A stretch of 64,000 nt of DNA from Naegleria gruberi (taxonomy: Eukaryota), in the NCBI GenBank assembly GCA_000004985.1, contig GG738878.1, one strand, 5' to 3'. The notes beneath the pieces were generated by a model. That model saw only the letters and a list, made by a program, of their open reading frames with translations. It was not told the DNA's origin and did not search any database. The position numbers and the translations under genes were made by a program. Positions 30,442 to 39,615 of this stretch are shown in pieces; position 1 is the stretch's first letter, and each line of letters opens with the position of its first letter.

Positions 30442-30827
30442 TTTGTTCAATTTTTGCTTTTTTTTAAATTTTTGAAAACAATTTTTATTTTTATTAAAAA
30501 ATTGCATGGCGCGGATTTCTACAAGCTTCCTGCTCAACATTCAGCAGAGAACAATGTTATTTGTTTAATGACGAATTCATCATCTGTGCTACCAAAGAAT
30601 TAATAACAAGGATTTAATTGTGTGGAAACAATTATTTTCTTCCACTATTTAGTGTAAGAGAATAATAATAGAGAAGAACAAAACGTGATTGTATTAACAT
30701 TGATGGATTTTCAACCACATGACTATGAAATTGGTTATCATGAAATTCCGAGAACCCTCTCATAGAATATTTTCTCTAGATTTTGAATTGGTGGGCAGAA
30801 TAGAAGTGCCAACAGGTTACTATTTGG

Positions 30828-31193
30828 ATGTTAGTCTCACAAGTACATAATGCATTGGTTGTTGGTCGGGGTGATAATTTGATTTTCTTTGATTTGCAAT
30901 CAAAAAAGCTATTATTTCATTACACCATTCGTCTAAAAATTCAAAATTTGATAATTAAGGAAAATGATTTGTTCATTGTTTGCTCAGACTACTGTTTGAG
31001 GAGCCTTAATTTTCCAAGGTCTTCAAAAAAACAGGTATCACCAAAAGAGGGACAGAGTTTTTATTCAATATTCTATGACGAGGATAGCCACCGAATTTTT
31101 GTTACTAATTCCTCTAACGTATTTGTGTTTGATAGAGAGCTTAACATGTTGAAATCATTTGCTTTGGGTTCAAGATTGGATTGTATGGAGTGA
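30828..31193 (+). CDS. Hypothetical ORF (121 aa), weakly beta-propeller-like; status as a gene uncertain
   Basis: ORF only. The segment ..HRIFVTNSSNVFVFDREL.. is WD-strand-like but has no firm motif. It may be an exon of a larger unresolved gene between UBC9 and the Ubl gene. Confidence 0.25.
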   Translation: MLVSQVHNALVVGRGDNLIFFDLQSKKLLFHYTIRLKIQNLIIKENDLFIVCSDYCLRSLNFPRSSKKQVSPKEGQSFYSIFYDEDSHRIFVTNSSNVFVFDRELNMLKSFALGSRLDCME

Positions 31194-31285
31194 GAATTGA
31201 CCCAAAAACAGGATATTGTTATTTGTGTGAAAGTACTGATGGCACAATTTCAATTTTCAAATAAGTTTTTGTTGTAATTTTTGTA

Positions 31286-31570
31286 ATGAGTTCTCAACAT
31301 GAACTTTGGTGTATGCATGACACGAAACATCAAAAAAAAATGCAAATACAAGTCAGAACATTATCAGGAGGTTACCTCAAGTTTGATTTGGAAAATTCAG
31401 ATAAAATAATATATTTGAAGAAACTCATTGAGGAAAAGATTGGATTTAGCATTGTCAATCTACGATTAGTATATAATGGAAAGATTCTCCCAGACGATTC
31501 CTCAATAATCGATACTGGCTTAAAGAATGGTGATATCATTCATCTCACTCCCCAATTAAAAGGAGGTTGA
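31286..31570 (+). CDS. Small ubiquitin-like protein ending in a free Gly-Gly (possible ubiquitin-like modifier)
   Basis: MQIQVRTLSGGYLKFDLENSDKIIYLKKLIEEKIGFSIVNLRLVYNGKILPDDSSIIDTGLKNGDIIHLTPQLKGG-stop aligns position-for-position with ubiquitin (MQIFVKTLTGK...[35 protein letters not shown]). An in-frame upstream ATG at 31286 would add 18 residues; otherwise the start is at 31339. Confidence 0.6.
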   Translation: MSSQHELWCMHDTKHQKKMQIQVRTLSGGYLKFDLENSDKIIYLKKLIEEKIGFSIVNLRLVYNGKILPDDSSIIDTGLKNGDIIHLTPQLKGG

Positions 31571-31756
31571 ATGCTTCTCATTCTTACTGTACAAGTTCAA
31601 TAAAAAGAAGCTTTTACAATCATAGAATGTGAATAGCAACACACTATTCCATCCAAACATGTATTTCATTGACCGGAACTCTTCTAGGAAACTCCTCCAA
31701 TTACTCCATCATAAGAACTCCTAAAGATTGAGAAGAAAAGAGCAAAAAAGAAAAAA

Positions 31757-33089
31757 ATGTCTTCACTACAATCCTCTCCGTCTCTCAGACAGGTTAGATT
31801 TGATGAGAATGTGATGATTGAGAGTTTTAATAGTACTGTTGCATATGCTTCTTCTACAACTTCCGATTCTCCTAAAGGCTTTAGAAAATCATCAATTTAT
31901 TTAACTTTAATATTTGCGAGCATGTTTATAATTTTCGATTTAATGTTACCACTGTATAATAAGAGTTTATTTGCAGGATTTGGATCGCGAGGAGGATTTC
32001 ACTATCCAGTAACATCATCGTTGATACAGGTTGGAGGAACTTCGATTTGCTTACTGGTGGCAGTTGTTTTAAATTGGATAATCAAGACTAAATTATTGGA
32101 TTTACCTCATCCTTATTTTGTGTTTAGTGGTGGATTGAAGCAATTCTTTTTGAAAATGTAAGTTGAATGAGGATGAAATTTGACATTTTGAAAGTAAGGA
32201 GCTTGTGTTGGTTGCATTTCTATTTGCTTGTGTTATAGTATTGAGTAATTTGGGATTGGATAAGGCTTCTATTAATGTAAATGTTTTATTGAGGACAACG
32301 AGTATTATTTGGATAATAATTTTATCATTTTTATTGAGATCTGAAAGACCATCTCTATTGCAAGTATTATTTGCATTATTAGTGACAGCTGGAGCAGTGT
32401 TATTGAGTTTGGATGTTGGACTTGGATGGTCGGTCAAGACAACTAATATTCCTGCTGTGATTGTTAATTTGGCATCTGCTCTTTGTACTGGTATCATGTT
32501 TGTTTCAATGAGATTTGTTGTGGCGAGACAGGAAAAGTATGAACATTTGAGAATGGGACTTTTGGAAATGACCATGGTTAAAATGTTTATGGCAACTTTA
32601 TTTATTGTAATTCCAGCATTGGCAATGGAAACTATTGTTCCATTTGCAGATGCCAAAGTAACAGTATGGCAAATATTATTTACAAAATTGGATATGTTAG
32701 TAATGGTCTTGGGAGGAGTATTGATCACCTTACTATTCCAAGGTTCCATTCTATCTTTGACAGTTTACTCAAAAGCTCTCAGTGTTGGAATCATTCAACA
32801 ATTTATGATATTTCCACAAGTTGCTTTATATACTATCATTAGTGTAACTCATCTGGTACCAAGAAATTGGAATATTCAAGTATTGCAACCAACATGGTCA
32901 CATATTACTGGTGGATCGTTAATTATTGCTGGAACTTTCTTTTATGGAATTTTGAGAATTGTTAAAACAATTGACCAAAAGAGAAGAATGAAGCAATTAC
33001 AGGATTCTCCATCGATCAATGAAGAAACAACATCTCTGGTCAATTCCAAAGAGCAAATACCTAAAAAGTGGTATGATTGGATTATTTAA
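31757..33089 (+). CDS. Multi-pass membrane transporter, DMT/SLC35-like (about 10 TM), two exons 31757..32157 and 32195..33089
   Basis: Exon 1 ends ..GGLKQFFLK-AT|GTAAGT. A 37-nt intron ends GAAAG. Exon 2 (TAAGGAGCTTGTG...) continues in frame as I-KELVLVAFLFACVIV... The listed ORF 32205..33089 starts at GTG, consistent with being internal to an exon. The product is hydrophobic throughout, with repeated 5+5 TM halves typical of drug/metabolite or nucleotide-sugar transporters. Confidence 0.55.
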
Positions 33090-33153
33090 TTAAGACGAGT
33101 AAAGAGAGAAAATTGAGCTTTCGAATAATCAAAACTATTTAATATATAACTAT

Positions 33154-33777
33154 TTAATAAAAGATGGAATCGATAAGCATCATCAAGAAACCAATCATTA
33201 CCAAAACAGCAACCGATGAAGAAACATGATACAAAACACCACCATAAACAATTGGAGAAGAGGCATCATTCTTAATAGAAGCACCAACACCAATAGTTCC
33301 ATTGTTGGAATTACCTGGATTGTTATTTCCAGGATTAGATGAAGTGGAACAGATTGGAAGTTGAGGAGTACCACTTGTCAAAGTTCCATTGGTAATACCG
33401 ATGGCATTTGGAGCCCAAGCGAATTGAGAAATTGTAGAATTGGTAGTATTAGATCTAAGAAAATCAATAATTTGAACTCCAAATGTGTATTGTGTAAGAG
33501 TGAGGAGAGTTCTCAAGTTTACAACAATTGAAGCTGAATTGATGGAATTAGGTAATGGAGTGGAAATATTGGAAACATTAACAATCCAAACGTAGGATCT
33601 TGAGATGAGAGTATAGTTTGGAGCAATTGCAATAGTTGGATTAATAGTCAATGTCAAATTTGTTTGACAGGCATTTAATTGCGATCCAGAAGGTGACAAG
33701 GTTAAACTTGTTGCTTGAGCATTGATTAGAGCAATACTTGCAATAAGAGCAAGTAATAGAAGAATGAATCTGGTCAT
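33154..33777 (-). CDS. Secreted Ser/Thr/Asn/Pro-rich protein with a C-terminal hydrophobic tail (GPI-anchor-like surface protein)
   Basis: N-terminal signal peptide MTRFILLLLALIASIALINAQA. Low-complexity S/T/N/P-rich body (..NPGNNNPGNSNNGTIG..). The C-terminal hydrophobic stretch VAVLVMIGFLMMLIDSIFY is preceded by small residues (an omega-site-like context). Confidence 0.5.
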   Translation of the reverse strand: MTRFILLLLALIASIALINAQATSLTLSPSGSQLNACQTNLTLTINPTIAIAPNYTLISRSYVWIVNVSNISTPLPNSINSASIVVNLRTLLTLTQYTFGVQIIDFLRSNTTNSTISQFAWAPNAIGITNGTLTSGTPQLPICSTSSNPGNNNPGNSNNGTIGVGASIKNDASSPIVYGGVLYHVSSSVAVLVMIGFLMMLIDSIFY

Positions 33778-33967
33778 TTTGTTTGTTGTCTATTTCTTGT
33801 AATCAACACAATAGTTTTTATTGGGAAATTTCGATGTTTCCTTTCAATACTATTTTAGGCTTGCTACAAAGTTGACCTAGTGATGTTTAGAGGTTCGTTT
33901 AGCAAATGTAAATTTTCCAACAATCTAAAGTGAGTAATCTTCTTTTACAGGTGACAATTCCTTTCTT

Positions 33968-35461
33968 TTATTCCTCTTCCAAGTTAGAAGTACTGCCGTT
34001 GGTGTTGATTTGTGGTTTTCTGTATTGAAGAGTCGGAGCTTCAAGGAATTGTTTTGCCTCTTCAACCTTATTCTGACTCACAAACTTGAGAACAACGTCT
34101 ACAATTAATTTGACATGATTATTTTCATTAATGTGTCTGGAAATGTCAAACATGAGTTTTTTAAGGGTGTTTGAGGTAATGTTCTTATTGATGTAGTTGG
34201 CTAATTCTCGTTGAGTTGGATTTTCTTCCATTATTTTCTTAACACGTTGCAGTGTTCTTTCAGAGAATTGATCAATGACATTCCACAGTTCATCATTGAA
34301 TGTTTTTAAATATTCCTTTTCCTCTTCAGTGTTTAGAATTGGAATCAAATCATCAATTCCTCCCTCTAAAACTAACCACCATGAGTGAGATTCATTGATG
34401 TAGTTGAATTCCAATCGTTGTTTCTTAAAGTGAATAGTACTGTACCAATCTGATTTTACCTTGTACATTTCACCATTCCAAAATCGAATAACGCATCCTT
34501 CAAAATCTGTCTTTTTCTTAATTTCAGCAATAATCTCTGCAATTGAATGCTGTTTATCTTCTTGGAAGTGAAATTCGGTTGATTTTACACAATCAATCGA
34601 GTACTTGTTGGCAATATTTGTCATTTCATCAAATTCAACATAATCACCATTAATGGTATCTCTAATAGCAATCAAACTCAATTGTGGTGAATCATAGATA
34701 ATTACAATCTTGTAATCTGGTGAGCAGAATTCAAAAATTGGTGTAAATCCTTTCTCAATATAATCCAAACAGAATCGGACTGTATTTTTGAGTTGAAATT
34801 GTGAAGAATTCTGTAAAAATTGATCAACTGTTGGTATTAATTGTTCATATTCCTCATTGGAAACTTCTCTCAACCCATACATGTACTTTTCACATCCTTT
34901 AGATGTGGAATTATGTCCAAAACCTTGTTTAGTTCTAAATCTGAGTCTCTTCTTCATTTCTCCATTCACCTCAATCGTTTCCAATATTGGAATTACCAAA
35001 CTTCCATCCAATTTATCCAAAACATGCATCTTCTTACTCAATTTAACACTCTCTTCCAACTTGTCTTGCACTTTCTTCATATTCGTCTCTTCCTTCTCTC
35101 CAACATTGAAGAATTTATGCAAACAACGTGAAACAAGCTTTCCAGATGCACTATCAAAGGCCAATCCTCTAATTTCCCTCCTAATTAAATCATCAATCGT
35201 TCTGATGGGTGAAGGAAACGTTGTAGAAGTCACTCTCCGATAACTAATATAAATAAAACCTCTTCCATCATTATTTACATTAAATTCCTTAGCATCTCCG
35301 ATGGATTTTAAACATTGATCCAAGCATTCAATAATTGGCCATCCTTGCTCTCCAACACTTTCACCCACAATAAATGGTGATGATGAGGTTTCTGTTGTTG
35401 TTGTTGTTGTATGATCTTTTTCTGAGGTTGGGGGTGATGATTGTTGTTGTTGTGGAATCAT
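33968..35461 (-). CDS. ATP-dependent RNA ligase of the T4 Rnl1 / tRNA-ligase adenylyltransferase type (497 aa, stand-alone)
   Basis: Covalent nucleotidyltransferase motifs in canonical order. Motif I is KLDGSLV (..KKMHVLDKLDGSLVIPIL), matching the T4 Rnl1 KEDGSLV signature rather than the KxDGxR of DNA ligases and capping enzymes. Motif III is TPIFEFCSP. Motif IV is EGCVIR. Motif V is YKVKSDWY. The C-terminal 170 aa are helical and contain no kinase P-loop or CPDase motif. Confidence 0.75.
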   Translation of the reverse strand: MIPQQQQSSPPTSEKDHTTTTTTETSSSPFIVGESVGEQGWPIIECLDQCLKSIGDAKEFNVNNDGRGFIYISYRRVTSTTFPSPIRTIDDLIRREIRGLAFDSASGKLVSRCLHKFFNVGEKEETNMKKVQDKLEESVKLSKKMHVLDKLDGSLVIPILETIEVNGEMKKRLRFRTKQGFGHNSTSKGCEKYMYGLREVSNEEYEQLIPTVDQFLQNSSQFQLKNTVRFCLDYIEKGFTPIFEFCSPDYKIVIIYDSPQLSLIAIRDTINGDYVEFDEMTNIANKYSIDCVKSTEFHFQEDKQHSIAEIIAEIKKKTDFEGCVIRFWNGEMYKVKSDWYSTIHFKKQRLEFNYINESHSWWLVLEGGIDDLIPILNTEEEKEYLKTFNDELWNVIDQFSERTLQRVKKIMEENPTQRELANYINKNITSNTLKKLMFDISRHINENNHVKLIVDVVLKFVSQNKVEEAKQFLEAPTLQYRKPQINTNGSTSNLEEE

Positions 35462-35742
35462 TTTTTTTTTGTAAATTTGGATGAACTTGTGAAAATTGCA
35501 CTTTTAGAGTTGAAAAAGTGCAATTTGGTGGATTGCAGTGACATTGTTAAATTTGTTAAATATTTTTGTAAACAGTCAACTTGTGTGTACTATATTGTTG
35601 AAATTACTGTTCTTTATAAAAGAATCTAATTGGATTAGTAGAATGGAAATGTCCTACTTCACTACCATAATAAAAACATGTCAATTTTCAACCCATGTGA
35701 ATATGTGACCTGAAATTAACATGTCATCTTGTTTATTAAAAA

Positions 35743-38700
35743 ATGTCAGCACTCAAAGCGGTGATTTTGTTGCTTTGTATTAGTGTATTTGCATCCTGTA
35801 CTAATGCATGGGATGAGTTGGAGACTGCTACTACGTATTTTGCTTCTAGAAAGCCATTTCACATGAAACGCCAAATGTCAGACCAACAATTTTTCATCAG
35901 AGCCAAGGAAAGAATTAAATCTCATACCAAAATGACAAGTAAAAGACTCATAGGACCTGATGGCTCATTGTCCAATAAGGATAACAAACAATTCTTTGCC
36001 TATGACGCTACATTGACTTTTGACACTGTCAATTTAGACATGCATCCTGACGTGTTAGATATTGGATGTTCCAAAGACAGACTTTACTTGAAAGTGAGAA
36101 AGACCAGACATACCAATACTCATATCAAGATTGGTTCATTATTAGTTTCAAGTATGGACGATTTTGAATGTGAAATTGGTCAACCAACTGATGAACCAGT
36201 TTTGTACAGATTGGCAGAAAATATTCATGAAGTGAAAACTGAAAATGGAGAAATTGTCTATGTGGTAGATACTAAAACAATTGAATTTAATCAAGTTTTC
36301 ACACACATCAAACTTCAAACTCATAATCCAAGTGTCAAACAACCTGAATCGAGCTCTGTAACTCAAACAACGCCAAACAAACGTTGGAGTGTCAATAGAT
36401 CTTTTGATATTGTCAATTTTAATTGGGATAGAGATAGAAAAACTGCCAGAAATCCATCCATTGAAAATCAAGAAGGAAATTTCAAATATGTCTGCAGTAA
36501 TTGTTATTTCTACAGTACAGTTCGGTTTACAATGGAAATTAACTTTAGATGGTGTAAACCAAATAGAGCTGCTGCATCAGTTCACTTTGACAATGCATTG
36601 AATGCTAATTTGACAATGACAGCTGAATTTGAAAAGACAAAAGACTTTACAATTTTGAAAAAGAAGAAAATTACTAGTATCAAGTTTACAATTCTAGCAA
36701 TTCCAGTTGTTGTAAATGTAAATTTTGCATTGGAAGGTCAATTACAAGTTCAAGCAAAAATTCAATTTAATGTTGCCGCTTCCTTTTCAAGAGAAGGTCA
36801 ATTTGGATTCAATTATGATAAGAGGAGAGGACATTTCAATTGGATTAAATCATTCAAGGGTCAAGATTTGAAATATAGCTTTAAATTACAAGAAGTTAGT
36901 TTAGAAATTAAGCTTTATTTAATTCCTGTTTTGGGAATTGACGTTTATGGATTATTGGTTTTGGATATGAAATTTAAACCATGGATCAAAGTTGGCGGCA
37001 AGTATTTGAATCCAGCAGATGATGGATGCAAGTTATCTTATGAAAGTTCTTGGGGAATGGATGGTAGTTTCCACGTTGGAAGAATGAAACTAAAGAAGTG
37101 GACTATTTTCGATGGTCGTGATCATGATTGGACATTTATTAATGAAAGAAAAATCAAATCATTATCTGGTTGTTGGATTAAGGAGCCAACTCAACCTGCT
37201 CCTCCAACAGATGATGGTCAATCAGAGGATAGCTCAACATCCACGAGATCAATCAAGGCAATTCAATCAAGCACTAATTCAACATATTACAAACAAGTGG
37301 TTTCATGTTGTGATGATATGAAAATGTTGAATATTTCACAGAATACTACTTTGGTTCAGTACGAATTTCAACTTGATGACAATGTTCTTGACTATGGACA
37401 ATATTTGGTTTTTAATTTGACATACGACAACGTTGCTACAGTTCAATATGGCAGTGTATTGACCTATCCAGTTGACAAGAAGGTCTATGTCCCATTGTAT
37501 GAACTATTTAATACTCAAAATACCTCTTCAATCTTTGTTAGATTCACCAAAGAATTATCTGAACCCGTATTTATAGATTATTATTTGGAAAGGTCTGTTT
37601 TAGACATTGGAAAGACTATTAAAATGAAAAGAGGATTCATCGAAATTCAAGAACAAGAGATTCATCCTGATTACCTTTCATTCGCAGTTTCTGAAGGTTG
37701 CCAACTTAAGTTTGCAAACTCTACTTCCATTAGAGAAGATTCCTTAATAGATGTCACCACTCAAAACTATCCAATCAGATTGGAATTTATTGGAGAAGGA
37801 ACAGTTAATATCTATCCTATTTACAACTACTTAAGTGGAAATGACCTTTCCTTACTACTTGATACACCAATCAAATTTGGATTGAAATATTCTAGAAAAC
37901 TAATTGATGGTATGAAATTATCCCACTTACACGTTTCATCTAACAATGAGGGTGTTGAGGAGAATACTAATTTAGATGTAAACATTAGAATGAGTCATGG
38001 TCAATTATTCAGCATTGATAATTTTGGAGAATTGAGTCAACTGACTGCTACTTTTACTTTGGATGAAAGCATTTCTTCAGAAACTAACTATTTCTATTTT
38101 GATGTTAGTGGCAATTTTGGTCCTATGTATTTAGGTCTTGAACTAGTAGATGTTTATGATATAACTCCTTCAAGTACGAATCTATTCACTTTGAAATACT
38201 CAACCAGCTCACCATTTGTTGCATTATTGAATTTCACACAACTATTATCCAATTCGTCTGGCATTTCAATCAAAACAGACGGAATTTCAGATCTCTTCAT
38301 CGATGAATCAATTCCAACCAATTTCAAAAAGGAAAATTCAATGTGGATGAGTGGAAGTGATAGCTCTGAAGTTTTTGGATTTTCAGAATATTCCAATGAC
38401 GAACTAGTTGATATTGGATCTATTTATTTGAGAATAGAGCCTGTTGTACAATCAATCCAAACCAGAACTATACAAGAAATGTCTGGTCAATTGAATATTC
38501 AATCCTTAAAGAATGAAAACATTACAGTGAAATTTTCGTTCCGAGCCAACAGCAAGTCAGCACCTTCAGAAAGCATCAATCTCTCTGATTTGGTGAATGG
38601 AAATGTCAGTTTGATAATTAGCATCCTAGACGATCAATATTCCTTCGACAATTCAAAGATTGAAAGTGGCGACACTATAGTTAACTTTCTTTCTTCAATG

Positions 38701-38985
38701 ACATCCTCATCTATTACTTCCAGATGGGATGATACAATCATTCCAGTCATTGCCTATGCAATCAACGTAGAAGGTTTGGAATTGGAATTGGAAAATCCTC
38801 AAACTCTAGTATTGACCATTCCAAAAATTCCTCCATTCGAAAGTATGGACGAAACGATTACTCTTGGAGCTCTAGACGATGGTATCTTCCTACCAACACC
38901 AAGAGCAGTTAAAGCAATTGGTTCCATCAAACTTGTGAATAATGTCCTCACCAATGGCTACATTGGCACAATTTCTGAGCAATAA
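35743..38985 (+). CDS. Large secreted protein of unknown function (1080 aa), probably beta-rich
   Basis: Signal peptide MSALKAVILLLCISVFASCTNA. Long intron-free ORF with several Cys pairs and N-glycosylation sequons. No recognisable domain. The last 38 nt overlap the 3' end of the convergent gene on the minus strand. Confidence 0.55.
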   Translation: MSALKAVILLLCISVFASCTNAWDELETATTYFASRKPFHMKRQMSDQQFFIRAKERIKSHTKMTSKRLIGPDGSLSNKDNKQFFAYDATLTFDTVNLDMHPDVLDIGCSKDRLYLKVRKTRHTNTHIKIGSLLVSSMDDFECEIGQPTDEPVLYRLAENIHEVKTENGEIVYVVDTKTIEFNQVFTHIKLQTHNPSVKQPESSSVTQTTPNKRWSVNRSFDIVNFNWDRDRKTARNPSIENQEGNFKYVCSNCYFYSTVRFTMEINFRWCKPNRAAASVHFDNALNANLTMTAEFEKTKDFTILKKKKITSIKFTILAIPVVVNVNFALEGQLQVQAKIQFNVAASFSREGQFGFNYDKRRGHFNWIKSFKGQDLKYSFKLQEVSLEIKLYLIPVLGIDVYGLLVLDMKFKPWIKVGGKYLNPADDGCKLSYESSWGMDGSFHVGRMKLKKWTIFDGRDHDWTFINERKIKSLSGCWIKEPTQPAPPTDDGQSEDSSTSTRSIKAIQSSTNSTYYKQVVSCCDDMKMLNISQNTTLVQYEFQLDDNVLDYGQYLVFNLTYDNVATVQYGSVLTYPVDKKVYVPLYELFNTQNTSSIFVRFTKELSEPVFIDYYLERSVLDIGKTIKMKRGFIEIQEQEIHPDYLSFAVSEGCQLKFANSTSIREDSLIDVTTQNYPIRLEFIGEGTVNIYPIYNYLSGNDLSLLLDTPIKFGLKYSRKLIDGMKLSHLHVSSNNEGVEENTNLDVNIRMSHGQLFSIDNFGELSQLTATFTLDESISSETNYFYFDVSGNFGPMYLGLELVDVYDITPSSTNLFTLKYSTSSPFVALLNFTQLLSNSSGISIKTDGISDLFIDESIPTNFKKENSMWMSGSDSSEVFGFSEYSNDELVDIGSIYLRIEPVVQSIQTRTIQEMSGQLNIQSLKNENITVKFSFRANSKSAPSESINLSDLVNGNVSLIISILDDQYSFDNSKIESGDTIVNFLSSMTSSSITSRWDDTIIPVIAYAINVEGLELELENPQTLVLTIPKIPPFESMDETITLGALDDGIFLPTPRAVKAIGSIKLVNNVLTNGYIGTISEQ

Positions 38986-39610
38986 AGTGTGGAGAAGAAC
39001 GGTGAATAACTTTCCATTCAATTCCATTCCATTTCGAAAGTAATTTAAACATCATGCTGGAGAAAGAGGATGGACTTTTAAGAATTTGAAGTTTTTTCAA
39101 TTTTGGTGGTTTAAACTGTTGCAATAACTCAATATCTTTGTAAGATGAAAATGCACATTCCAATTCAATCAAATTCTCATTTTTACCCAATTCTTCAAAA
39201 AATTCTTTTGGAAATTCTTTCTTTATACAATTAATACTTAAATATTCCAAATTTCTCAGTACATCCAATTTAATAAGATCCATCAATTGCTCCTTTCCAC
39301 TGATTTCCACTGATAATCTCCTCAAATGTTTTAAATGTTTAAGCTTTTCCAAATTTTTGGAGATACCTGAGCATGTAAATAGCGATTCCAAATTATTCAA
39401 ACAATCATTAGAAAACATATAAAAATCTATATCTCCTAGGACTCTTATACGTAAATGCTTCAAATTTTTAAATAAGCTCAAATTACTCAAACTAAATGCT
39501 AAATCTTTGGTTACATATACACTAAATACTAATGTTTCTAAATTCCTCAATGTATTATTAATGAAAAATTTTTCAGTGCCCCTTTTAAATACTCTCGAAA
39601 TTATTTGCAA
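38948..39610 (-). CDS. LRR-like C-terminal ORF, probably the continuation of the 39616..40911 F-box gene after a frame change
   Basis: It starts 5 nt after the stop of the upstream ORF, in the -1 frame, with TTG as the listed start. The content is LRR-like (LKHLRIRVLGDIDF..LEKLKHLKHLRRLSVEIS..LRNLEYLSINC). No GT-AG intron fits, so this is a frameshift, a sequencing error or a pseudogene. Confidence 0.4.
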   Translation of the reverse strand: MQIISRVFKRGTEKFFINNTLRNLETLVFSVYVTKDLAFSLSNLSLFKNLKHLRIRVLGDIDFYMFSNDCLNNLESLFTCSGISKNLEKLKHLKHLRRLSVEISGKEQLMDLIKLDVLRNLEYLSINCIKKEFPKEFFEELGKNENLIELECAFSSYKDIELLQQFKPPKLKKLQILKSPSSFSSMMFKLLSKWNGIEWKVIHRSSPHFIAQKLCQCSHW

Positions 39611-39615
39611 TATTT

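Noticed and set aside
30600-31290. Attempt to build a multi-exon WD-repeat gene from the 30828..31193 ORF and a downstream ..GYCYLCESTDGTISIFK segment
   Set aside because: No phase-consistent GT-AG junction could be found (a candidate 22-nt GTGAGA..AAACAG intron fails on frame). Left as an unresolved ORF.
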